From the IMG/VR virus record IMGVR_UViG_3300018492_000150, positions 49,640 through 113,639 of that record: a stretch of 64,000 nt of DNA; one strand, 5' to 3'. The notes under the pieces were generated by a model. It was not told the DNA's origin and searched no databases. It saw only the letters and a program-made list of their open reading frames with translations. How positions within the stretch are numbered: the stretch's first letter is position 1; every line of letters begins with the position of its first letter. The translations under genes and the position numbers were made by a program. Of this stretch, positions 20,546 through 31,723 are shown one piece after another. The stretch is from a virus (lineage: Duplodnaviria; Caudoviricetes).

Positions 20546-21967
20546 ATTACGCTCTATATTAACTATAGCATTCGGTATATACTTAGTTACCAATTCATAT
20601 ATAACTTTAGCTAAATCTGTTGTAGAAATATAGTTGCAGTTTAGACATGCAACTGTTTCTGTTGTTCTGGAGTCTACTACAGTTATAGCAGAAGCATCCT
20701 TACTATAACCTCCAGAAACGTCGACTCCTACTAATGGTGGCCAGTTTACACTTTCAGCCATCATAGGTTTATATATATCGAGGAAGTAGTAATTTCCCAA
20801 TGCAACTTGAGTTACAGGTTCTTTAATAAGAGATTGTACAGTATCCAAATCTTGTTTTGTAAATGGAGAGTTATCTGAACTATTAGACCATTCAAGTAAA
20901 ACTTCTCGTCTAATTGCAGGCCAGTTCTTCTTCATATCAATACAGATTTGTCTAAAGTATTCTTCTCCAGATCCAAGCTGCTTATAAGTAAATCTTATAT
21001 AGAAGAAACTACTATCAGTATTAGTATTCTTCAATTCTTGGAGTTTTTCTAAGCTCCAATCGTAATATTGCTCATTAAATGGTATAGCTGCATTTTTAGT
21101 TTCAAATGCATCCATTCCTTCATCGGTAGTCATATCACCAGGAGTTGTAGTGATAAGAATACCATAAGGAGCACCATTTCGTTTAGCATTCTTAGATGCT
21201 GTTGAGAATGCAGGTGTTGCTGCAGAATAGATGATAGAGTTATGCAAAATAAACGCATACTCATCATACCAGTGTATAGGCATAGTACAACCACGACCGA
21301 TACTGTTAGCATTAGCTTTGTTCCTAGCACCTGGTTTAGTAGAAATTTTATTTGAGTTAAATGGGTTCTTGATAGATTCTACGTTTTCTGATAACTTCAT
21401 AGGTTTACCATCTTTACCTGGAACTTCATCAAATCTTAGATATCTAGGTAACGCAGATCGTATCTCTTTAATTCTAGCCAAGTTCAATTTAGAGTCATCA
21501 TGTTTCTTGTTCATAAACATCATTTCTGAGTTGGTAGTACCAAATAAGTATACCCATAAATACCAGCATAATGCCGATACAGTTTTACCATGCTGACGAG
21601 GTAACTCTAAAAACATATTCCAGTTTAATATGAAACCGAAGTTTAATGCAAGATTACCTCTATGAAGTTTATATCTTACACCCCCACCTACTGTATTACC
21701 TTGGTCAGGGATAAGAATTACTTCTCTAATAAAATACCAAAAGTTAATCATACACTCTCTTAATATTTTAGCTTTCATAACTTCATTAAGAGTAGGATCT
21801 CGAGGATTAACTCCCGCTAAATCTCTATCATATAATATAAGAAAGAATTTATTATTCTTTATTCCTTTAGCTTTCAAAAAATAATGCATTTCAAGGAATG
21901 ATTTATTACTGGTCTCCATCTGATAGTATACAGATACTGGACCTGATTGTTGTTGCTGAACAACCAT
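20546..21967 (-). CDS. Terminase large subunit, exon 1
   Basis: Walker A LPRQHGKT, Walker B HWYDE, ITTTP, RNase H-like GVDVSGG. Confidence 0.9.
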
Positions 21968-22063
21968 ATTGAGTTCACCTCCAATCAATTACTTATATGT
22001 ACTAGAATGGAGGGTTTATATCAAAAAATAAAAGAGGAAGGTACTTAAACCTTCCTCTTTTAC

Positions 22064-22363
22064 TTATTCTGTAAATATGCTATCAATCACCTTACTTCTA
22101 GGAATAGCATGTTTCCTATATAAATAGAATGATAATTTTGACGCTATGAAATTTGACACTGCAATCACTATTATAGATATTAATAAATATAATATAATTG
22201 TAGATACTGGCGTGAATTCAATATCTGCTGCAGCGGATATAAGACACATTATTATTCCAGCTCCTGTCATGAATTGTGCAAATTTCGCAATCATATAATA
22301 TACTACAATTTTAATATCGTTAAATCTTTTTCTTCTCTGTTTTTCTGTCATTACTTTTCTCAT
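22064..22363 (-). CDS. Small membrane protein
   Basis: Two hydrophobic segments; AAGGAG RBS. Confidence 0.65.
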   Translation of the reverse strand: MRKVMTEKQRRKRFNDIKIVVYYMIAKFAQFMTGAGIIMCLISAAADIEFTPVSTIILYLLISIIVIAVSNFIASKLSFYLYRKHAIPRSKVIDSIFTE

Positions 22364-22480
22364 CTGTATTTTTCTCCTTATTAGTTAAAAATTATTACAT
22401 TACAGTAATGCTTTTTAAGCATTACCTTCTAACAAGATTGGCGGTCTTACAATCGCAACCTCTCTTTCTTGCAGAGCAGT

Positions 22481-23350
22481 TTAATGCTGCTCTGCATAAT
22501 TTTTGATAAATTCATACGCTGTTGAAAGGTATAACTTAATAACTTTCAACACTGCTTTTGCATGATCAACATCTTTGTCTTTGATGTAATCATATACAAA
22601 ACTTACTGTTTTTCGATCTGTGTCATCAACATACTCAGATTTATTCATAGCGTCTAATGCTTCTACTAATGTCTTGGAAAATAAGTCATTGCTTGTTCCG
22701 ATCAAGTCATTAATGCAAGATACAACTAAATAATATGATGATCTCATATCATCAGAATAATCTGGCACCACTGCATCGGCATTTGATGCTGATAAATCAC
22801 AAAGAGCTTTAATAAATTTTTTCTGATTATCTTCATCAATAAAAGTTAAAGCCTCACACTGCACCATCATGGCTCCCAGTTCTACATCTGTAGCTACATC
22901 CTGCACAACTCTTTTTAATTCTGTCTCGGTTACATAATTTTCGTTATTTGTATTTGTCATTTCTTTTTCCTCTTCTTTCTCATTTTTATTATTGTACATT
23001 TCATTCATCTGTTCCATAAGAGTACCCATAGTTCTAATGAAAGATTTAATTTCTTTAAATTCTTCGTCGCATTTTAATAACTCAACGTACCCAAAGAACT
23101 GTGAGAAAATATCGTAATCTTTATTACTACATCTTCTCAATAAATTTCGTTCTACGATATCCATAGTACCATAGAATTCTTCCTGATTTTCAATTTCGCT
23201 AAGATTCTTCATTAATATAATAGCATCTTCAAATCCATTTCCAAGAGTGATTCTTTCACTCTCTAAAACTCTTTTTGAGAAACGTCTAAGTGTTTCCTCA
23301 TCACTGTTTCTTGAAATCCATACTCTTTCGATAATTTCCATTGCTCTCAT
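22481..23350 (-). CDS. Hypothetical early protein
   Basis: 289-aa ORF preceded by ATATTAT-N5-TGA at 23441-23455. Confidence 0.7.
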   Translation of the reverse strand: MRAMEIIERVWISRNSDEETLRRFSKRVLESERITLGNGFEDAIILMKNLSEIENQEEFYGTMDIVERNLLRRCSNKDYDIFSQFFGYVELLKCDEEFKEIKSFIRTMGTLMEQMNEMYNNKNEKEEEKEMTNTNNENYVTETELKRVVQDVATDVELGAMMVQCEALTFIDEDNQKKFIKALCDLSASNADAVVPDYSDDMRSSYYLVVSCINDLIGTSNDLFSKTLVEALDAMNKSEYVDDTDRKTVSFVYDYIKDKDVDHAKAVLKVIKLYLSTAYEFIKNYAEQH

Positions 23351-23524
23351 AATAATCCTCGTCTTTCTCCTATTTACGCATAGGTGCTTTGATATATTTT
23401 CTTTGAATTATGTAATATAGTAGATATTATTATACTATATTCACTATAATAATATGCTATTGAAATAGAGGACTTTTACAAAAAAGAAAACGGAGTATGG
23501 TTAACCATACTCCGTGTTTTATTA

Positions 23525-25678
23525 TTAATCTTCATCATCAGACATTACTGGAGGCTCTGTAAATACAAATGGTCTGATTGGACCTTCTACTTCCTTATCA
23601 TCTACAAGGTTAGATTCTACTGGTTCCATACTCATATACATCTGCGGTTTAGTCATATAGAATAAATCCATTACAGACGGATCGCTCTTCATAAACGATA
23701 ATGGGTAGAATAATAACTTATTGATATCTTTGTACATAAGAGATATAGTGATACTCTTATTATCTTTCAAAGCCTCGTTTAGAGTTATCATTCTATAAGT
23801 AGCATTTCGATACTGCCATTCAGGTTCAATCAAATTACTCTCATATGATTTACACTGATGAGATAAGATAATCTCAAGATGAATAGCATCAATATTCAAT
23901 CCGCCTTCGATGATAGTATCAACAAGAGCCTGAGTGATAGCATCTTTAGTAACAAGACGTCTTACCTCTGCATTCTTATTAAGGATATTTTTAATCTTCT
24001 CTAATGTACGGCCAAGTTCATTATTTACTACTTCAATATGGAAAAGATTTTTATCTTTCAAAGAATCCAAATCCAAGATATATAATCCATCACTATCAGG
24101 AGTCTTCTTATTGATAATAGAATTTAGTTCAGGACTAAGATATAAACTATCCTCGTCAGATGTACTTATATAATACTCATTACCTTTAGGATCAATGATA
24201 GTACATCCGGTAACGTACGTATTGAATGCTAATGCTGGATCAATATCATCTTCCAACTCTTCATCATCTTCCATTGGGTCAAGTATAATCTTAAACTTCT
24301 TATAAGAAGTATCATCTTTGAGTTTGATCATACTATAGTTTATCTCAAAGAATGTATAGAAATTTTCGTTCCACATAAGCTTCTTAATATTTGTTTCAAG
24401 AAGATGCTTTGCTGACAACAATCTCTGTGTTAATAATGATGATAATAACTCAGCAGCAATCTTTCCGATATTGATATCGTTATTTGTATGAGATAAACCT
24501 CCGTAGCATCTATAACAAATACCATGCCCTCTAGATCTGGATGCACATGTAATTGGACTTCTGAACAATAATGTTTTTCCTACAAGATCAATATTATCTT
24601 TAATAGGCTCTAAAGACATTTGATATTCAACTCCATCTGGCGTAAATCTATACCAACGTCCTTTATACATAGACAAAGTCTTTGCATCTTTGATTGTAAC
24701 TTGAACAAAGTGTTTAGAATCACATACATGATGAGGATCTGGATGTAATCGATCATCCATATTATTCAATCCAAGAATACGAGCAAATGCTCCAGATGTA
24801 CCAACGTTTTGATGAGATAATACCTGAGCAATTCTGGCTTTATCTGCATCAATAGCATACAGTGCTGGATCTGATATGCCCCTGTTAGCATAGTTACCAT
24901 TAATCATTAATGGATATACACCGCCATTGCCATCAGGTACAGTACCAATATTAAACTGGAATTCACGATACTGTTTAATATTGATTCCTTCTTTAGCTTT
25001 GAAGTACGGAATAGCCCAGTGTTTTCCTGAATCGAGAATATGCTGAACCCCTCGTTTAGTGATTTTCATTCCAGTATCTTTTACATCTTCGATAGGAATA
25101 TTAGATAAATCACAGTGGATACAATCATAAAAATCTTTATTGTTCAGCATAAGTTCAATAGTATCCTCATTGTTTGATGTATTGTACAAGAACAATGAGA
25201 ATTTATCGATAAACTGAAACTTATACATTACATCATCAATCATATTATTGATCTGCATATTAGTATAATTCTGTCTATTGAGTTTTAGGAATGTACTGTT
25301 GATATAATCAGCAATACTATCCTGAGTGATATCTTCATAATACCAAAGATATCTAGAATCGATTGGGTGATTACTTGATACAGGTAACCCCCAGAATAAT
25401 AAGTTAAACCAATAGTCAAATACTGACAGTTTAACTGTTTCTCCATCTGTGAATGTAACTAATATAACAGATGTTTGGATTTGATCTGTTTCTATCCCAT
25501 CTTTAAACAGATCAAGTAACTGATAGAAATGTAAATTCAATATATCCATATCAGTAAATATTGAAGTATTGATACGCTGAACACCTGTGTTTATTAGTTC
25601 AGTATAACAACTGTATTGCGGCAGTGGGACTAGACGTTCCACTGCCATCTTTTCGTTAAAAGATACTCTTTGATTCAT
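23525..25678 (-). CDS. Multisubunit RNA polymerase beta' C-terminal subunit (non-virion RNAP type, phiKZ gp74/AR9 gp154-like)
   Basis: Zn motif RSPITC...GICYRCYG, trigger-loop region NIGKIAAE...TQRLLSAKH, IHLEIIL; early-type promoter at 25705-25719. Confidence 0.88.
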   Translation of the reverse strand: MNQRVSFNEKMAVERLVPLPQYSCYTELINTGVQRINTSIFTDMDILNLHFYQLLDLFKDGIETDQIQTSVILVTFTDGETVKLSVFDYWFNLLFWGLPVSSNHPIDSRYLWYYEDITQDSIADYINSTFLKLNRQNYTNMQINNMIDDVMYKFQFIDKFSLFLYNTSNNEDTIELMLNNKDFYDCIHCDLSNIPIEDVKDTGMKITKRGVQHILDSGKHWAIPYFKAKEGINIKQYREFQFNIGTVPDGNGGVYPLMINGNYANRGISDPALYAIDADKARIAQVLSHQNVGTSGAFARILGLNNMDDRLHPDPHHVCDSKHFVQVTIKDAKTLSMYKGRWYRFTPDGVEYQMSLEPIKDNIDLVGKTLLFRSPITCASRSRGHGICYRCYGGLSHTNNDINIGKIAAELLSSLLTQRLLSAKHLLETNIKKLMWNENFYTFFEINYSMIKLKDDTSYKKFKIILDPMEDDEELEDDIDPALAFNTYVTGCTIIDPKGNEYYISTSDEDSLYLSPELNSIINKKTPDSDGLYILDLDSLKDKNLFHIEVVNNELGRTLEKIKNILNKNAEVRRLVTKDAITQALVDTIIEGGLNIDAIHLEIILSHQCKSYESNLIEPEWQYRNATYRMITLNEALKDNKSITISLMYKDINKLLFYPLSFMKSDPSVMDLFYMTKPQMYMSMEPVESNLVDDKEVEGPIRPFVFTEPPVMSDDED

Positions 25679-25704
25679 TTGGCATGAACCTCCTTTAAGT
25701 TTGA

Positions 25705-25719
25705 TCAATATAATAATAT
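25705..25719 (-). promoter_or_regulatory. Early-type promoter ATATTAT-N5-YGA
   Basis: Eight intergenic copies: 23441(-), 25705(-), 30415(-), 33390, 43286, 44083, 47471, 61332. Confidence 0.65.
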
Positions 25720-25801
25720 ATTTTTATTATTCTGTTTTGGTATGATTAGAAAAAGATACGCACGTTACCCATTACAGGTAACGTGCACAGCTGCTTTGTT
25801 T

Positions 25802-26266
25802 TTAACCTAATCTTTCATTTCCACCGAATCTCATAAAGTTCTTTGGTAAAGCTGATTTCTTACCATGAAGATATTCAGCCTGAGCCTGTTTAGCAACCTT
25901 CTGTCCTTTATTACCATATTTTTTCATGATCTTTGCAACAAGATCACGTTTCTGCATTCTGTTTTTAACAAGCTTATCATATAGCGGATCTTTGTTTTCT
26001 TTCGCAAGTAACAGAGCACCCATTTTTGTACGTCTTGTAAGATCATCCTGTTTGTTAAGTCTAACAAGAGTTTTCTTAGACATTTTACCTTCCTGAACGA
26101 GCTGTTCACCAACACCGCCAGCTTCACAGAACTCTTTAATCTTATCCTGAGGCAGATGTGCAATTTCATCTGCGATCATAACCTGCTCAAGTAATGTAGG
26201 ATCGTTAAACTCTTCTTTGATTAAATCATTGGAGTTAGATCCAGGTACGATTGAATCGAATAACAT
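25802..26266 (-). CDS. Hypothetical late protein with basic C-terminus
   Basis: 154 aa, AAGGAGG RBS, late promoter at 26315-26326. Confidence 0.7.
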   Translation of the reverse strand: MLFDSIVPGSNSNDLIKEEFNDPTLLEQVMIADEIAHLPQDKIKEFCEAGGVGEQLVQEGKMSKKTLVRLNKQDDLTRRTKMGALLLAKENKDPLYDKLVKNRMQKRDLVAKIMKKYGNKGQKVAKQAQAEYLHGKKSALPKNFMRFGGNERLG

Positions 26267-26416
26267 GTTATTGTCCTCCTTTTATATAATTGATCTTATA
26301 ATTTTCTAAGATATTACTTACATGTTATTCGTAGTAAAACCATACTTTTAAAAAATAATAATGTCTAGAACTTATTAATAAAAGAACGTAATTGTACGTA
26401 AAATGGAGGAATTAGA

Positions 26417-26802
26417 ATGGTTGAGTACAAAATGTATGAAGATGAAATGGTTAGAGTTATACAGAGATTAAAACCTCAAATGGTAAGAGAAGATATAAGA
26501 AAAGCAGTTCAATATTCAATAAATAAAAGATATAAAGAGAATAAATGTATAGTTGATAATAACTATACGAAAACTCATACTGATAGTACATTATTAGAGA
26601 TGGCACAATGGATAAATTCAAGAGAGCCTATATGCACTGCATATGGAGTTATGTTTAAAAAACATGGAGCAGAACCCCATCCATTAATTGAATTAATTAG
26701 ATCCTTTATGGAAGGTAGAGACATAGATAAAGCTAAAATGTTCGAATATCTTGAAGCTCATGATTATATAAATGCTGCTAAATATAATCTAAAACAATTG
26801 CT
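26417..26802 (+). CDS. Family B DNA polymerase, C-terminal subunit, exon 1
   Basis: YGVMF...YNLKQL precedes motif B; joins exon 2 to give QLLDKRDANSIYG. Confidence 0.88.
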
Positions 26803-28068
26803 TAAATAGTTAGGCAGGTTACATGGTGACATGTAGCAAAAAGCATTCCGTGAATTGCTGGGAAGGTGTAAAGCCTCAGGGACCACAACGTGACTGGTAA
26901 CAGTGAGCGTGATGGTTGTCGAAAGACAGAAAAAACTCCTGAGGATGGCATATGCTGAGAAAAAGCCATATATTTATGGTGCTAAGTGCCTGCTCGTGAA
27001 ATTACCAATCAGCAGCTTTATTTAAAAAATATTATATAAACTTTTTAGTAGTACGTTAATGAAAGGAGCTGTGTATATGTATTCAAAAATAAAACCTTTT
27101 GTAATTATGGATAGCATACAATATATAGAAAATGAGAAGTGGTTACCAGTATTTGATCCTGAATATAGTATTAAACCGTATTATATAATTAGCAACTACG
27201 GTAGGATTTTCAGTACATCTAGGGGGCAAGGAAAATTAATGTCTCCAGTTATGAATGAAGATGGATATCTTAGAATACAACTTAGTTTAAATAATGGAAC
27301 TAAAAGATATTTTCAACTACACAGACTTGTATTATATACTTTTAATTATATACCAGGTTGCGAGAAACTCCAAGTTAATCATAAAGATACAATTAAAACT
27401 CATAATTGGGTATATAATCTAGAATGGGTTACTTGTAGAGAGAATATTTTACATGCTATTGCTTCAGGAGTATTTGCACAATTAGGAGAATCAAATGCTA
27501 ATTGTAATACAACTGATGATCAAGTTCATAAAGTATGTCAAATGTGGATAGAAGGTTATTCTATAAACGATATAGCAGAGTCAGTAAATATATCTACTTC
27601 AAATGTAAGTAATATAGTATCCGGTTCTAGCAGAAAATATATAACCAGTGAATATAATTTGCAAAAAAGACAAGAAAATAGATTAACAGAAAATGAAGTT
27701 CATGCAGTATGCAAATTTATTCAAGATAACAAATACAATTATAAACTGATGAAAGATCTAGACCAGGCAGCAGCTATATCTATAGGAAAAACTGATAAAA
27801 ATACAATAACGGCAATTTCTCATGTTCGGAATAGAGATACGTATACAAAAATTTCAAATAATTATAGTTTTTAAATAGAGTTCAACGACTATCCCATATG
27901 GATCTTGAAATAGATCAACAGGAGTAGGGCCAAGCGGTGGGTGAAAATCCCTTAAATCGAAGTGCGGAACATCTCATAATTAGAGATGAAGATATAGTCT
28001 AGTCTTTAGAGAAACACTAAAGAAACGAAAGTTTACTTGAGAGTAGCGACCTCAGGTTAATATAAACG
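26803..28068 (+). mobile_element. Group I intron with HNH homing endonuclease, inserted in DNA polymerase motif B
   Basis: P1 UUGCU|UAA-AUAG-UUAGGCAG has U-G at the splice site; GAATTGCTGGGAA, AATCAGCAG, GTTCAACGACTA, AAGATATAGTCT; terminal G at 28068 restores frame. Confidence 0.92.
27077..27874 (+). CDS. NUMOD4-HNH homing endonuclease with HTH tail
   Basis: EKWLPV..YIISNYGRI; HRLV..VNHKD..HNWVYNLEWVT..EN; start 27077 after GAAAGGAG. Confidence 0.9.
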   Translation: MYSKIKPFVIMDSIQYIENEKWLPVFDPEYSIKPYYIISNYGRIFSTSRGQGKLMSPVMNEDGYLRIQLSLNNGTKRYFQLHRLVLYTFNYIPGCEKLQVNHKDTIKTHNWVYNLEWVTCRENILHAIASGVFAQLGESNANCNTTDDQVHKVCQMWIEGYSINDIAESVNISTSNVSNIVSGSSRKYITSEYNLQKRQENRLTENEVHAVCKFIQDNKYNYKLMKDLDQAAAISIGKTDKNTITAISHVRNRDTYTKISNNYSF

Positions 28069-29782
28069 TGACAAACGAGATGCAAACAGTATTTATGGGT
28101 GTCTTGGTAATGCAGCTTGTGTGTTGTATAATTTATATGTAGCTGCATCAATTACAGCTCAAGGAAGATCAGTTATATCAACGGCAACAATGTTCTTTGA
28201 AAGTTTTATGGCAAACAATGTAAAATTTGGTTCATTGGAAGATGTATTACATTTCATTGATTGTGTATGCTCAGAGAAAAACACAAGAGTATTTAATGAT
28301 GCGAATGTATTAGATTTTAATGTATCAGCAGATATGTGTTTTGCTAAAATTATGAGAACTTGCGGAGATTGGAGAAAAGGTAGAATTAAATGGGTTCCAT
28401 CATATGAAGACGCAAAGCTTATTTATTCTACAATAAGCTCATTAAATCAAGAAGATTTGAATAGATTATTTTATAAGAATAATCTATATGCATTTCTTGA
28501 AAATAGATCAATCATGAATGGTATTAAATATATTCTCAAATCATTAAAAGAACCATATTTATCTCCAAATAAAGTTCCAGATGAGATTAAAGTAGAATTA
28601 GATACTTTGCAGGATTTATTTAGAGAATATGTATATTATCCTCATATGTATATTGATAGGATTGATAGATGCAATAATATGATCAAAGATGTATGTGTTA
28701 TTTCAGATACAGATAGTACGATTGTAAGTTTCGATGCATTTTATCATTTCGTATTAGATAGATTAATTGGAGAAGATATTTATATATCTACATTAGAAGC
28801 TGATCTTGAGAAAGATAAATATATACAAGTTACACCTAAGAAAGAATTAAGATATGACTTTATAAACGATGAAATTGTAGAAAGAGACTCTATGATTAGA
28901 CCGTTTGTTATATCTAGACAGAATAATCTTAGATTTAGTATTATCAATATCATTGCATATATTAGTGGTAATTTGTGTAATGAATATGTGGAATTATATA
29001 CTAAGTGCAACCATTCTTACAAAGAAGGTAAAAAATGCTTATTATATTTAAAGAATGAGTTCTTGTTTAGTAGAGCATTATTGACAAATAATAAAAAGAA
29101 TTATGCTACAAATCAAGAACTTAAAGAAGGAGTTGTTCTTGAACAGAATATAGACAGAGCTTTAGATATTAAAGGTCTTCCTATAAATAAATCCACATTA
29201 AACGAATCTGCGAAAGAAGCATTACAGAAGATTTTGTATGAAGACGTATTAACTGCAGATAGAATTAATCAAACTAGAATTATAGAGAAGATTGCTATAT
29301 TGGAAAAACAGATAGAAGAATCTCTTAGAAATGGAGAAAAGAAATTCTACAAACCATTAGCTATTAAAGCCATGTCTAGCTACGAAGACCCAATGAGAAT
29401 TCAAGGCATTAAAGCATCTATTGTATGGAATAAAGTAAGAGGAGATCAATTAGAAGCAATTGATTTAGATGCAAGAAATACAATAGGTGTGGTTAAAGTA
29501 AATATCAATCCGTCAAATATAAGTGCAATAGAACATACTTATCCAGAGGTATATAATAGATTTGTACAATTATTTATGGATAATACTTTCTTTAGAAGTG
29601 GTAAAAAAGAAATAACTACATTAGCTATACCTGTAAATGTGGATACTCCACAATGGGTGAGAGAGTTTATTGACTATAGAACAATTATAAATGATAGTAT
29701 AACAAACTTCCCATTTGAATCTGTAGGTATAACAAGATTAGGTTCAGGAGATATTAATTACAGTACAATAATGAAAATATAA
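28069..29782 (+). CDS. Family B DNA polymerase, C-terminal subunit, exon 2 (spliced product 699 aa)
   Basis: KRDANSIYG (motif B), SITAQGR, ISDTDS (motif C), KKNY, IKGL. Confidence 0.92.
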
Positions 29783-29826
29783 AAAATAAAAGCAGAGTAC
29801 TGAAAAGTACTCTGCTCTTTTTATTC

Positions 29827-30369
29827 TTATACAGATCCTATCGAAAACACTTCATCGATAGAATAGATCCAAGAAGAAGAATTTGCATCCTCTGAAGTAT
29901 CAATAGTGAATGTGCTTCCATCCTCATTAATTTCACATATTCGTCCAATTTGAGATGCCATATCGCGATCGGTTACTTTAACAATATCATCTAATACATA
30001 TTCATATCCATTGTGAACTATAGCCACATATTCATCTACTTTAATGCTATCTATTAATAATTTATAATCTGACATCTCAGGAATATCATCAACATAATCA
30101 AAGCAACACTCTAATATATAGTTAAAAGAATGTTGGATTAATTTGCTATGATATTTAGTAGATGCATCTAATACAAACACTGGTTTAGATTTATCACTAA
30201 TATCTATGTCTACTATTGGAAGTTTTCTAATTATTTCTACATTGTTTTTATCCATCCAACGAATTGGAATGTTTACTCCGATGCCAAACATAAACATCGG
30301 TCTTATACCAGGACAAGCTCTTTTATCAATAAAAATCCTAATAGTACATCTTTTTTCAATTTTAGCCAT
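29827..30369 (-). CDS. Hypothetical early protein
   Basis: AAGGAGG RBS; early-type motif at 30415-30429. Confidence 0.7.
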   Translation of the reverse strand: MAKIEKRCTIRIFIDKRACPGIRPMFMFGIGVNIPIRWMDKNNVEIIRKLPIVDIDISDKSKPVFVLDASTKYHSKLIQHSFNYILECCFDYVDDIPEMSDYKLLIDSIKVDEYVAIVHNGYEYVLDDIVKVTDRDMASQIGRICEINEDGSTFTIDTSEDANSSSWIYSIDEVFSIGSV

Positions 30370-30518
30370 AATAGACTTCCTCCTTAACGTGAATATTTAA
30401 TATATTTTTTTGTATCACTATTATAATATATTACCAAAATTCTTAAAATATACAAATATATTGCGTATAATATAATCAGCGGAAACATTATGATAATTTA
30501 AGTAAGGAGGAAGATATA

Positions 30519-31028
30519 ATGGCAGAAATATATATCAGAGCTGATAAGAAAACAAGAGTTGTAACTTTTGTACATAGAAGACCATTTGATCCTGTACATG
30601 GACTTGGTGAAACAAGAGAAAATTTAGCAAAGACAGGATTCTTTGTGGATGAATATCCAGAACCAGAAACAACTATCGGTAAAAGAGCTATAGCTTATTA
30701 TGATCATGAACGTAAGAAAGTGTATTATGAATATGAAGTGGTTCCTTTTACTGAAAAGAAAAGAATAGATATGGTGGAAGATGCATTAAATGATTTGCTT
30801 TTCTCAAATACATTTGCTGCGCCAGCAATGGCCTTGTTTTCAGTTTCAGAAGAAGAGGATGGTGAAGAACCGATGATGAATGGTCTTGCTAAATATTTGG
30901 CAACTCAAATATATCAGACGAAGCTTGATAAAGAAAAGACTATTAATTCCTATCCAGAATTGGCAAAAGAGATTGAAAAAATTCTCGATGAATATGAGAC
31001 TATTCCTATTGTACAGTCAGAAGAATAA
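30519..31028 (+). CDS. SPbeta YorD-like, tail-assembly-like protein
   Basis: PFDPVHGLG..L..TG..V..YPEPE..GK..YYD pattern; late promoter at 30484-30495. Confidence 0.55.
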   Translation: MAEIYIRADKKTRVVTFVHRRPFDPVHGLGETRENLAKTGFFVDEYPEPETTIGKRAIAYYDHERKKVYYEYEVVPFTEKKRIDMVEDALNDLLFSNTFAAPAMALFSVSEEEDGEEPMMNGLAKYLATQIYQTKLDKEKTINSYPELAKEIEKILDEYETIPIVQSEE

Positions 31029-31044
31029 AAAAGAAGCTAGTGCA

Positions 31045-31620
31045 TTAATGCACTAGCTCTTCTATTTTTCTTATTTTTAACGTTCTCTCATCATCGTATT
31101 TACTGATAACAGACGAAGAATTATCAATCATTAATCCTGTTGAAGTAAAATGAAATTCCATTCCTCCAATTATACAAGTACTGACATGGCTATTAATATT
31201 CCGCATATCTTGTATCTGGCCATTTCCGTAAAATATAACATGACCTTTATTATCTATAATTTTATATGTCACATAATCATTGATTTTTAAATCGATAGTA
31301 ATATTAGCATTACTGTCATAATCAGATGTACGAAGAATATAATTTTTATCAATAGTATAATGGTACTCTCCGGGCATTATACCAAACAGTGCAAGGAATT
31401 CATCTAAAATTACCCACTCCGATATTAGCATTAAATCTTCTCCCCTATGAGATATCATAAGTTCTAAAATATTGTTATCATTCAATAAAATCATTTCTAG
31501 TTTTATAGGGCCATGTTTTGTCTTATAATAAGTGCTTTCATTTAAAGTGATATTTTTTCTGAAGATAAGTTTCTTATAACTTACATTCACTGTTATTGTA
31601 TCTATTACATTTAAAGTCAT
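31045..31620 (-). CDS. Hypothetical protein
   Basis: 191-aa ORF with GAGG RBS. Confidence 0.6.
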   Translation of the reverse strand: MTLNVIDTITVNVSYKKLIFRKNITLNESTYYKTKHGPIKLEMILLNDNNILELMISHRGEDLMLISEWVILDEFLALFGIMPGEYHYTIDKNYILRTSDYDSNANITIDLKINDYVTYKIIDNKGHVIFYGNGQIQDMRNINSHVSTCIIGGMEFHFTSTGLMIDNSSSVISKYDDERTLKIRKIEELVH

Positions 31621-31723
31621 ATATTTACATCCTCTCTTTCCTATATCTTATTATATAATAGTGTCAAGTTTTATAATTTCCAAAACATATAAGTAATTGA
31701 TCAGAAAGAAGGTAAAACGTCAA

